Under the pieces are notes generated by a model. That model saw only the letters and a list, made by a program, of their open reading frames with translations, searched no databases and was not told where the DNA came from. The translations under genes and the position numbers were made by a program. Shown in pieces: positions 1 to 8,165 of a DNA stretch of 47,012 nucleotides. The stretch is from Gallionella sp. (GTDB taxonomy: Bacteria; Pseudomonadota; Gammaproteobacteria; Burkholderiales; Gallionellaceae). The DNA lies in assembly GCA_041739955.1 (NCBI GenBank), contig JBGSMU010000062.1, positions 1-47,012 on the forward strand. The letters run 5' to 3'. How positions within the stretch are numbered: position 1 is the first letter of the stretch; each line of letters starts with the position of its first letter.

Positions 1-711
1 GATTTCGACAAAGGAGGGCAACTGCTCCATCACCTCCAGCTTCGCCACCCTTGCTCGATAGCCGATGTAGCTGTCACGTGCGGTGCTGATCTGTTTTGAC
101 AACGGCGCGATTTCTGCCGCAAGGCTGTCGAGCTTTTTATCGATCTCGATCAGTGTTGCCTGTGTCACACGTAGCTCCATATCCAGCTTGCTCAAACCTT
201 CCGGTAGAACGATCTCGCCATCGGCTGCCGCCATGGCGTTTGCCGCAGCCTGTGTTTCCGCTGCAATGCTCTGTTCCAGCTTTGCAATCTTTTGCACAAG
301 CTTGGTTTTGAGCGCGTTGGATTTTTCAAACTCGATCGACAAGGCTTGATCCTGCTGTGTCAGGCGCAGATATGCTTCCTTGGCTTCGGCCATTTGTGCT
401 GGCGCGATAACCTGACTGTGCAAGGGAGCGATTTGGTGTTGCAGTTCGCGCACTTTGCTTTGCGCTTGACGCATTTGATGCTCGGCATAATTGCGCGCGC
501 GGTTCAGGCTCTTTTCTCCGGCAGACCAGAATGACGAAGTGGAGCGTTCTTCCATTTCTCGATACGCTTTATTCTTCTCGGCGAAATCGGCTTCCGCTTC
601 CTTCTGTTCGTTAAGCGCGGCGTCGAGCTTGCGATCGAGTTCGTTGTATTCGGCCTGCAATTTGTCGAAATGACGGCCAAGCGATTTCTTGCGGAATGGA
701 TTGATTTTCAT
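1..711 (-). CDS. Coiled-coil hypothetical protein, C-terminus runs off the window (>237 aa)
   Basis: Absent from the ORF track because no stop lies in the window. Read by hand from ATG at 711 with SD AAGGA: MKINPFRKKSLGRHFDKLQAEYNELDRKLDAALNEQKEAEADFAEKNKAYREMEE..., open to position 1, A/E/K/Q/L heptad-rich. Confidence 0.85.
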   Translation of the reverse strand, partial: MKINPFRKKSLGRHFDKLQAEYNELDRKLDAALNEQKEAEADFAEKNKAYREMEERSTSSFWSAGEKSLNRARNYAEHQMRQAQSKVRELQHQIAPLHSQVIAPAQMAEAKEAYLRLTQQDQALSIEFEKSNALKTKLVQKIAKLEQSIAAETQAAANAMAAADGEIVLPEGLSKLDMELRVTQATLIEIDKKLDSLAAEIAPLSKQISTARDSYIGYRARVAKLEVMEQLPSFVEI

Positions 712-735
712 GTTTGATTCCTTTCGTTGGTTTGG

Positions 736-879
736 TTAATGGTTACGACGTAAACGGGCGAACTGCGGCCCGAAGGGTTGTGCTTGCCAGCGGTGTGTGG
801 CCCGCGCCGATTTGGCATTCAATTGCCGCCATGCATTCATCGGGCGGAATCTGCGTGAGTAATCAAAGCGCGTTCTCAC
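736..879 (-). CDS. Small Arg-rich basic peptide (47 aa)
   Basis: GTG start overlaps the upstream stop (GTGA) and follows GGAGG. Reads MRTRFDYSRRFRPMNAWRQLNAKSARATHRWQAQPFGPQFARLRRNH*, filling the gap before the coiled-coil gene. Confidence 0.6.
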   Translation of the reverse strand: MRTRFDYSRRFRPMNAWRQLNAKSARATHRWQAQPFGPQFARLRRNH

Positions 880-1451
880 GATTGACCTCCCGCACGCGGC
901 ACAGTCCGGAATTCGGCTGGGTAGCGCGCGTCACCGGGCAGCACCATGGTGGAAATCCAGGTGTGCCGACTGAGTTGCTTCTTGATCTCGACCACTGCGC
1001 CACTGGCAGGTCGATTCGGCGAAGCGGGAATCCATCCGCTATCGTCGAAGATCGCTTCGATTTGCGCAGGACTGAGCATTTTGTCTTGCGCTGGTGCGGG
1101 GCGATTTGATGCCTGCACAGTGATCGGACCGGTCAATGCTTCGACTACCGTTGAGACGGTTGGAACGGGAGCTTTCGCCTTCGGTGCGAGGTCGAAGTGC
1201 TTGGCCCAGATTGGATGCAGATTAGGGTTGTCAGTCATGCTGATCTCCATAGGTTTGCCACCCTCAGCGCCGGGTGGCGTGGCGTTTGACTCGATGAACG
1301 AATCAGATAAATTGAAATGACTGCACTCGTAAGTAATGCGATTCGCAGCATTCGCATCGGTGTGCGCAAGCGGCAAGCCAGATGCCACAAGGACATTCGC
1401 GGGATTCGCACGATTCGCAGCGGGGATAGATGGAATTGAGAAATTCATCAC
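876..1451 (-). CDS. Hypothetical protein; 5' part overlaps 9-bp-spaced iteron-like repeats
   Basis: Overlaps the DUF3987 stop by 4 nt. The ANRANPAN/ANAANR peptides are encoded by GCGAAT repeats. Confidence 0.55.
   Translation of the reverse strand: MMNFSIPSIPAANRANPANVLVASGLPLAHTDANAANRITYECSHFNLSDSFIESNATPPGAEGGKPMEISMTDNPNLHPIWAKHFDLAPKAKAPVPTVSTVVEALTGPITVQASNRPAPAQDKMLSPAQIEAIFDDSGWIPASPNRPASGAVVEIKKQLSRHTWISTMVLPGDARYPAEFRTVPRAGGQS
1341..1419. repeat. Iteron-like block, copy A (ATTCGC at 1341, 1350, 1395, 1404, 1413)
   Basis: Hexamers fall on a 9-bp lattice. An inverted ungapped copy lies at 4217-4295 (62/79 identical by hand alignment). Confidence 0.85.
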
Positions 1452-2920
1452 ACCGCCACCAGTTGATAGGCTTCACGTGCCGTTTTGTGTTCGGCTACAT
1501 CAACCCAGCCGTGAAGCTTCAGCACTTGCATCACACGTCGTGCTGCGCCTGCATTTCGAATTGCCGAGGGACCATTGCGATAGATGTCAGCCAGCGGTAT
1601 GGCACGACCCGGCCCCATCTTGTCGCGCAACCAATTGAGCACTTCCTGTGCAAGCTTTAATTCCACCGAAACCTGACCTGCACCCCATAAGCGCATGGCT
1701 TCGGCGAGGTAGTGCTTCATCAGCAGCGCAGCCCGATCAATGTGGTGTTCGTGGATGTTTGTGTCACCCTCGAAGACAGCGAACGTGCCCGCCATACGGG
1801 TGATGTGTTCCGGCGCTTTGGAAGCCAGTGAGCGAATCGGTGCCAGCGGGCCGCTGCCACCCAAGGAAGCTTCGATGTCGTTGTAGAGTGCAATCCACAC
1901 TCGCTTTGCGGTCGGTGTTAATACGATGTTGGGCGGATTGAGTTCATGTTCATTCACCAGCGGCCAATCCTGTATCAGCAATTCATTCACCCGTTCGGCG
2001 TAGGCTTGGTATTCAAGATTGCTACTCAGATCGGCTTCGACGTACTTGCGATTGCCAGCAGTTGATTTCGGATAGCTGATCAAGCAACGTGCCAGAAATC
2101 CCTGTTCGCGTGCCAGCGGATCAGCCAGCAGCATGGCAGCTACGGTGGGTTGCACCATGAGATGTAAGCTTAATCTGCGACCGTAGTAACTGCCGGAGCC
2201 ATCACCCACACGCACCCGGTCAAACTCGCCGCGATCCCAGAGACGTGACAGTGTGGTGAGTGTGCCCAGGCGCTTTTCTGCACTCATGGCATAGCCACCG
2301 AGGAATTGACCGCCTTCGTCATTGACTAGGCCAATCGATGGCAGACCGATGATCAGTTGGCGCTGGATGGCTTCGGTGCTGGGTTCGGATACGATGAACA
2401 GCGGCATCACCGGTGCAACGGGTTTCTCTATTTCATCGAGCTTGGCCTGCTTCGCTGTCGTGCTTAACTTCTTGTCAGCCAAGATGCGTTTGGCAGCGGC
2501 ATCGTAGACTTGTGCTGCCAGTTCATAGCTGTCACGGTCTATATCGAATTGCTGCATCAGCGTGCGCTGGTGCTGACGCACGCCTTGTAATGCCCAAGCA
2601 TCTGCCGCTGATTTACGCTCACCCGATTCACCCAGTGTTAGGAAGTAATCGGACAGCGGTGACACACGACCATCGATGATCACGTTGGCGTGAGGTTGTG
2701 AAACCTGATTCATAGCGGCGAGGATGGATTGCCCGATCAGGGCCATCGGCGCTTGAATCACTTCGTGCATCTTCTGCACGACACCCGCACCAAGGGGGCC
2801 GAGTGCATCCACTGGATAGGGTGTTGGTGGGTCGAGTTCGCGTGACAGCGGTAGCGGGTCGCTATGGTCAGCCAGTGCCCATGCGGGAGTCTGCACTTCA
2901 TGATTGTCGGCTGACTTCAT
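1448..2920 (-). CDS. YfjI/DUF3987-family ATPase (helicase-like replication protein of integrative elements)
   Basis: Walker A-like LGESGERKS, Walker B-like VNDEGG, GFLARCL, and C-terminal winged-helix-like IYRNGPSAIR. No N-terminal primase domain is evident. Confidence 0.85.
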   Translation of the reverse strand: MKSADNHEVQTPAWALADHSDPLPLSRELDPPTPYPVDALGPLGAGVVQKMHEVIQAPMALIGQSILAAMNQVSQPHANVIIDGRVSPLSDYFLTLGESGERKSAADAWALQGVRQHQRTLMQQFDIDRDSYELAAQVYDAAAKRILADKKLSTTAKQAKLDEIEKPVAPVMPLFIVSEPSTEAIQRQLIIGLPSIGLVNDEGGQFLGGYAMSAEKRLGTLTTLSRLWDRGEFDRVRVGDGSGSYYGRRLSLHLMVQPTVAAMLLADPLAREQGFLARCLISYPKSTAGNRKYVEADLSSNLEYQAYAERVNELLIQDWPLVNEHELNPPNIVLTPTAKRVWIALYNDIEASLGGSGPLAPIRSLASKAPEHITRMAGTFAVFEGDTNIHEHHIDRAALLMKHYLAEAMRLWGAGQVSVELKLAQEVLNWLRDKMGPGRAIPLADIYRNGPSAIRNAGAARRVMQVLKLHGWVDVAEHKTAREAYQLVAV

Positions 2921-3150
2921 GCCCGCCCCTTACCGGTTTGCGCAGCTATATGGGCATTGATAAAAAGTGAGATGTCTTGGCGGCGATAACGAATACAGCG
3001 ACCGACACGAACGAAAGGCAGATGAGGAATGCCACGTACACGCCAAGTGGCGAGTGTGGCCGGCTGAATGTTGAGAAGTTGCGCCGCTTCAGTTTCAGTG
3101 AGGAGGTTTTCCTCTATTTCACCGTGACGTCGAGATTGATTGATGCCCAT
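2917..3150 (-). CDS. Excisionase/AlpA-like helix-turn-helix protein (HTH_17/MerR-like)
   Basis: LLTETEAAQLLNIQPATLATWR...PFVRVGRCIRYR pattern; 4-nt overlap with the DUF3987 gene. Confidence 0.85.
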   Translation of the reverse strand: MGINQSRRHGEIEENLLTETEAAQLLNIQPATLATWRVRGIPHLPFVRVGRCIRYRRQDISLFINAHIAAQTGKGRA

Positions 3151-3231
3151 CTGGCTAAACTGCCTTTCATCGAGAGACGCATATCTGCGTCGATGAAGAT
3201 CAGCCTACAGAGAGGGCTTGGATGAATAGCG

Positions 3232-4194
3232 CTAAACGTCCGGAAGCTGTTGCAGCTTACGTTTCAGGCTGTCGGTGGCGATGGATCTTTCTATGTTTTT
3301 GTAGGTATCGATGTAAAACACACGATCATTAACGATGTCGGTGAAACGTATTCCCTGAACTTCGCCGTCGAAGTATTCCTCAATCATGTCGAGGATGACT
3401 GACAACTCGGTGCTTTCTGCTTCTTTGACGAGCTCCATCAAGGCTCGAGTGAGATGGCTCACCGCCCCTTGGCTGCGACCTTTGCGATACGGGGCCGCGA
3501 TGGCCGCTGCTGCACTTGCCTTGCGCCGCAGTGTGGCCATTTGGGATTCCGCTTTTTTGAGGGCGATTGCGGAAGTATTGGTGGCAAAACTGGCCATGAG
3601 CAGAAATTGCTCGGCGATGCCGGTTTGTTCGGCTGCGTCACGCCACAACACGCGTTCCCATCCTGCGAGTTCTGAACGCAACCAGCCGATGCTGTCCTCA
3701 TCATCGTGGCTGATGCTCGTCAGCTCCATATCCTCCTCGATGCCGGCGGCAATTTCGCAATACGTTTCTGCCGATCTGCGTGCCTCGTGAATGGAAAGCA
3801 GCGCGAAAATTTGTGCATCGGTCAGTGTAGGCGGCTCACCCGGAATGCGCGTCGTCCACAAACTGCGGGCGGCGATGACATAACTGCCATGCTGCTCGGC
3901 GTGCTGGTAGACAGCATCATGGGAGCGAGCCATGCCGAGGACAGCTTGCTGCACCCAGTCGGCGTTGGAAGATTCGGTTAGCGGTTCGAGGAAGGTGCGG
4001 GCGTTTTCTACAACGTGATCAAGCCGGTCAAATTCGGCGGTGAGTTGCGGCCACAGCCAGCAATGGTCATGAGTCAGGCGCAGATCATTGAGATCGCCCG
4101 TCAGCGCGTTGAATGGTTGCCGATCATCAATAGCATCACTCTCGTCCCCGGACGCATTGTCGTGTTGCTCATCGGATGATGGGATAGGGGCCAT
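3232..4194 (-). CDS. Hypothetical protein
   Basis: Long ORF (track start 4266). ATG 4194 (MAPIPSSD) is preferred because the upstream 72 nt overlap the repeat block. Confidence 0.7.
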   Translation of the reverse strand: MAPIPSSDEQHDNASGDESDAIDDRQPFNALTGDLNDLRLTHDHCWLWPQLTAEFDRLDHVVENARTFLEPLTESSNADWVQQAVLGMARSHDAVYQHAEQHGSYVIAARSLWTTRIPGEPPTLTDAQIFALLSIHEARRSAETYCEIAAGIEEDMELTSISHDDEDSIGWLRSELAGWERVLWRDAAEQTGIAEQFLLMASFATNTSAIALKKAESQMATLRRKASAAAAIAAPYRKGRSQGAVSHLTRALMELVKEAESTELSVILDMIEEYFDGEVQGIRFTDIVNDRVFYIDTYKNIERSIATDSLKRKLQQLPDV

Positions 4195-4216
4195 TTGCTG
4201 TTTTTGATTTGATGCT

Positions 4217-4320
4217 TGCGAATCGTGCGAATGCTGCGAAACTCCATATGCCGTATGGCTTTCCACGTGCGCACACTTATGCGAACCGTGCGAATGAAAT
4301 CAACTTTCGCATGATTCGCA
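4217..4320. repeat. Iteron-like block, copy B (GCGAA at 4218, 4227, 4236, 4281, 4290; inverted at 4305, 4314)
   Basis: Inverted imperfect copy of 1341-1419. Confidence 0.85.
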
Positions 4321-4366
4321 TAGGCATTTTACCTGAGCGAGATTTCAATAGCGGTATGGTGGCGAC

Positions 4367-5087
4367 AAGGGAGTCCAGATTATGGACATCCTTTTGCAAG
4401 TGCAGTCGGGTGCTGTTCCCAAGTTGAACACGACTGACGCAGACTGACGCATCTCCCGGTTAACTTCTCACGTGCGCACGTGTAGGGGTAAATCACTAAC
4501 TGTGTCAGCTGCGTCAGTGACTCATAAAATCATCGGGTTATGAATTGCAATTTCGGCGGAAGGTGTGTCACGTTACGTTACGTCCATGGGGTGGGGAAAC
4601 GGTCTGCGTAGTATGCAGACCCTTGGTGAAAGGGTGTCAGTTCAATTGACATCCTTGGGTGAATAATCGCTGATGACAAGGGTACGGAATTCAGTTCCGC
4701 TCCTTGCAATGGGTGTGAGTTGAACTCACTCCCTCACACGATTCGGTAGGTGCGTTCGCCGCTGGCACTTTTCTCCGACACAACGTTCATGCCGAGTTTC
4801 TTTTTGATTGCGCCTGAGATCGCGCCGCGCACGGTATGTGCCAGCCATCCGGTCGACTGCATGACCTGATTCACCGTGGCACCATTGGGACGTTGGAGCA
4901 TGGTGATTAGCGTTGCTTGTTTTGTGCCTGTGCGGATTGCGGAGGGGGTACCCATAGTACGGGTGCCCTCCAGATTTTGGAGGCCATCAAGGGTACGCAC
5001 ATTCCGCGTACCCTCAAGCTTCCGGCGGTCATCAGGGGCGTCAAAATTTTTGACATCCTCATGGGTGTCGTTATTGCCGACATCCTT
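4367..5087. repeat. Cluster of about ten 27-bp palindromic units, approximate consensus AAGGGTGT-N11-ACATCCTY
   Basis: Units at 4367-4393, 4598-4624, 4630-4656, 4678-4705 (28 nt), 4709-4735, 4944-4970, 4989-5015, 5034-5060 and 5061-5087. Weaker units at 4561-4587 and 4962-4988. Confidence 0.8.
4434..4517. other. Symmetric origin-like element: 2x CTGACGCA, central palindrome, 2x inverted TG(C/T)GTCAG
   Basis: CTGACGCA at 4434 and 4444; perfect 14-bp palindrome CACGTGCGCACGTG at 4469-4482; TGTGTCAG at 4501 and TGCGTCAG at 4510. The structure is seen directly; function is inferred. Confidence 0.55.
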
Positions 5088-5312
5088 CGGCACTGAACGC
5101 TCTCTGCCAACGGCCGCATAGCCAACATCTGTCAGCAGATAATTGTCGTCGTCATGGCTAACGAGTCCCTTGGCCAGCAAGCCATCGATGACAGCGGTGC
5201 GCGCGCCACCGCGTAGTTTACTTGGCAACGGTTCGATGTCGCCGTCGATGCGCTCGGCAGCGGCTTCGAGGACAGTGGTTTGTGTGGCCGTTAGTTTGAG
5301 CTTGGTGGTCAT
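4734..5312 (-). CDS. DUF3489 domain-containing protein (winged-helix-like)
   Basis: C-terminal TKQATLITMLQRPNGATVNQVMQSTGWLAHTVRGAISGAIKKKLG...RTYRI and N-terminal LRGGARTAVIDGLLAKGLV. Confidence 0.85.
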   Translation of the reverse strand: MTTKLKLTATQTTVLEAAAERIDGDIEPLPSKLRGGARTAVIDGLLAKGLVSHDDDNYLLTDVGYAAVGRERSVPKDVGNNDTHEDVKNFDAPDDRRKLEGTRNVRTLDGLQNLEGTRTMGTPSAIRTGTKQATLITMLQRPNGATVNQVMQSTGWLAHTVRGAISGAIKKKLGMNVVSEKSASGERTYRIV

Positions 5313-5337
5313 GTCATTCTCCCGCTAGATGAGGTGA

Positions 5338-5559
5338 TTAATGTTGTGCGGCGATTTCAGCTTCGTTAGCCTTCGGCATTTGCAGACCCGCTTCGCAGCC
5401 AGCTATGAAGGCGGCGTGTAAGGCTTCCTTGAGTCTCCACACCGCGATGTCGTGGAAATCCAAGCTGTCGCCGTGGCGGGTTTCAAGGGTTTCGATGTCC
5501 ATGTGTTTTTTGGCGATCAGGGTCAGGATGTTGTCGAGGGTGTTGGTGTTGGTGTTCAT
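5338..5559 (-). CDS. DUF6900-like small protein
   Basis: IAKKHMDIETLETRHGDSLDFHDIAVWRLKEALHAAF signature; SD GAGGAG; usual neighbour of DUF3489. Confidence 0.75.
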   Translation of the reverse strand: MNTNTNTLDNILTLIAKKHMDIETLETRHGDSLDFHDIAVWRLKEALHAAFIAGCEAGLQMPKANEAEIAAQH

Positions 5560-5586
5560 TTTTTTGTGCTCCTCAAATTTTGTGGA

Positions 5587-5790
5587 TCAAATCATCTCGT
5601 AACCGGCGCGTTCTAGGCGTTGCGCATCAGCCGGTGTGACTACCCAGTATTCGCCGCTTTCGCCGTCGTTGTCGCCAAGCACCACCCAGTGGGGTTTGAC
5701 GCAGTGGTCGGCGTAGCTGCTGGCCAGCGCTGGGTTGCGGAACACCGCAATGTGCCCTTTGACTAATTTTTTGATCTGTTCGTTTAACAT
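5587..5790 (-). CDS. Small hypothetical protein (67 aa)
   Basis: ATG 5790 (MLNEQIKK) follows GGGAG; first gene of the DUF6900-DUF3489 unit. Confidence 0.65.
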   Translation of the reverse strand: MLNEQIKKLVKGHIAVFRNPALASSYADHCVKPHWVVLGDNDGESGEYWVVTPADAQRLERAGYEMI

Positions 5791-5990
5791 TTTGTTCTCC
5801 CGCGATGTTGTTGATGACGGTGACATGAACGCTCTGTTCGATGTAGAAGGCAAGTTATTAATCGCAATTATTCTCAAATTTGAGCATCGCGGTACCAGCA
5901 AAAAAATAGCAGACTTTTTCTGCTGATTCTCGTTATCTATATACTTCGGTCTATCCAAACTTATCTCGCACTGTGCTACCCTGACGCCCC

Positions 5991-8138
5991 ATGAAATCAG
6001 CCAATGAAGCCTTCTCCCGCGTCATCATCGACAGCCAACTTACAGCACAAAGATGGAGCTTGGTTGACGGTTTCAGCGTTCGTTACGAAGTAGTGTTGGA
6101 AGACGGCACACGCGCAGACTACGTGTTGTGTGATCGGCATGGTCGCTCGTTGGCAGTGGTTGAAGCGAAGCGTTTTTCAGTCAGTCCAGGTGATGCCGCC
6201 GAGCAAGCAAAAAATTACGCCAAGCAACTCAACGTTCCCTACATCTTTCTCGCCAACGGTAACGAGATTCAGTTTTGGGAATGGCAGCGCGAAGCATACC
6301 CGCGCCCCGTTAAAACCTTCTTCAAGCAAGACGACATCGAGCGTCGTTTCGCCACCCTGCAAGTCGCACGCAAACCGTTGTCCGTACCTATTGATGTGAA
6401 GATCGCTGGACGCGACTATCAGCAGGAATGTAACCAGACTCTGTGCGAAGCGATCCAATTAGGCAAACGTAAACTGCTGGTCGAAATGGCGACCGGTACA
6501 GGTAAAACACGCACCGCCGCCGCGCTCATCAAGCGACTGTTTGAAGCGAATGCCGTTACTCGCGTCTTGTTCCTAGTGGATCGCATCCCACTGGCGTTGC
6601 AGACTGAGGATGCCTTTGCCGAGCATCTGCCGGATTACCCGTCGTATGTGTTGCGCGCCGGTCGACGCTTTCAAGATGAGAAGCGCATCACTATCACCAC
6701 GCTGCAAAGCATGATTAACATCTACGGCGAATACTCAGCCGGATATTTTGATCTCATCATCTCGGACGAATGCCACCGCAGCATCTACGGCAAGTGGAGC
6801 GGCGTGCTTAAACATTTTGACGGCATTCAAATCGGCCTCACGGCTACGCCTTGTATCGGTGGCGAGGATGCTGCCACGGGCGATGAAGACGACAAGTTGT
6901 TCGTGAAGGACACTCTCAAATTCTTCGAGGTAGATAAGCCCACCTTCAGCTACAAGCTGAAAGATGCCATCAGCGATGGCTACCTCGTGCCGTACCAGAT
7001 ATACAAAGCCAAGACCGTGAAGACCGCTGCCGAAGGTGGCTTCGAAGTTAAGCGCGACGAACTCGACTGGTCGGCAATGAATGACAAAACCAAGCAGGAA
7101 TTTGAAGCACTGTTCAAAGATTCCAACTCGGTAATGATTGACCCGAACGCACTGGAACGCCGATTCACCATCCCCGAGCGTAACCGTGCCTTGGTGCGTG
7201 AATTCCGTCAGGTGATGGATAACGGCTACATCGATCACAAAGGCATCCAGCGCAAACCGCTACTCGGCAAGACCATCGTGTTTGCTGTGACCAAGCGTCA
7301 TGCCGAAACACTGGCGCAGATGTTTGATGAAGCCTTTGCCGATCAGAAGTCCTCACCCGATGTGCGCTATGCCGACTACGTGGTTTCCGGCATGGGGCCA
7401 GATGACACCGTGGACGCGATGAGCAAGATCAAGCGTTTCAAGAAAGAGAAATTCCCGCAGATATTGGTATCGGTGAACATGCTCGATACCGGTTTCGATT
7501 GCCCGGAAGTCAATAATCTGGTGTTCGCCCGTTTCACCAAATCCGTCATTTTGTATCAGCAGATGCGCGGTCGCGGCACACGCAAAGCGCAGAATAAACC
7601 ACTGTTTACTATGTTCGACTTTGTGGGTGTGGCGGACTATCACGGCGATGATGATGGTTATGCGCAAGGCGGATTTATTGGCGTGAAAACCCCGCCGAAA
7701 AAACCTTACGAACCGCGCCGCCTGTTGTCGCTAGACATCGATGACCATATTGATCCGGCTACCCGCGAATGGGTAACGATTGATGAGGATGGCAATTTTG
7801 TATTTCCTGAAGCATCGGAACAAAAAGCCAACGAAATCGGCGCTAAATTCGAGGCGTGGTTAATCTCACGTATCGACTTCAATCCGGCACAAGAAAATCT
7901 CCTGCGTGTCGTCGGCAGTCAAATACGTGCTAACGCCGAGACATGGGACGAATTCACCAGCGACCATTTCGCGCTACCGATCTTCAGTTCGCAGGGCGGC
8001 TATCAGAATGCGTTACGTGTCTTCGGCGGCAAGGCGCAACTGGATGAAGTGATGGAAAGCCTCAATGCCAACGTATTCCAGTCAGATACAGATTCACGTC
8101 AATCCGATGCGTCGGATCATCACGTCAACATGCAGTAA
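5991..8138 (+). CDS. hsdR: Type I restriction enzyme R subunit (EcoAI/EcoEI-like)
   Basis: Nuclease motif RADYVL...VVEAKR; helicase motifs MATGTGKT, DECH, LTAT, LDTGFD, QMRGRGTR. Confidence 0.95.
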   Translation: MKSANEAFSRVIIDSQLTAQRWSLVDGFSVRYEVVLEDGTRADYVLCDRHGRSLAVVEAKRFSVSPGDAAEQAKNYAKQLNVPYIFLANGNEIQFWEWQREAYPRPVKTFFKQDDIERRFATLQVARKPLSVPIDVKIAGRDYQQECNQTLCEAIQLGKRKLLVEMATGTGKTRTAAALIKRLFEANAVTRVLFLVDRIPLALQTEDAFAEHLPDYPSYVLRAGRRFQDEKRITITTLQSMINIYGEYSAGYFDLIISDECHRSIYGKWSGVLKHFDGIQIGLTATPCIGGEDAATGDEDDKLFVKDTLKFFEVDKPTFSYKLKDAISDGYLVPYQIYKAKTVKTAAEGGFEVKRDELDWSAMNDKTKQEFEALFKDSNSVMIDPNALERRFTIPERNRALVREFRQVMDNGYIDHKGIQRKPLLGKTIVFAVTKRHAETLAQMFDEAFADQKSSPDVRYADYVVSGMGPDDTVDAMSKIKRFKKEKFPQILVSVNMLDTGFDCPEVNNLVFARFTKSVILYQQMRGRGTRKAQNKPLFTMFDFVGVADYHGDDDGYAQGGFIGVKTPPKKPYEPRRLLSLDIDDHIDPATREWVTIDEDGNFVFPEASEQKANEIGAKFEAWLISRIDFNPAQENLLRVVGSQIRANAETWDEFTSDHFALPIFSSQGGYQNALRVFGGKAQLDEVMESLNANVFQSDTDSRQSDASDHHVNMQ

Positions 8139-8165
8139 CTTGCATCACCACAGAAAGTACCTGCA

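Noticed and set aside
4209-4427. 72-aa ORF resembling the N-terminus of the 876-1451 protein
   Set aside because: The similarity is explained by the DNA-level inverted repeat, and there is no convincing SD.
4367-5087. CRISPR array or integron attC interpretation of the palindromic units
   Set aside because: Spacing is irregular (0 to about 200 nt), variation lies inside the units rather than between them, there are no cas or intI genes, and no RYYYAAC/GTTRRRY ends.
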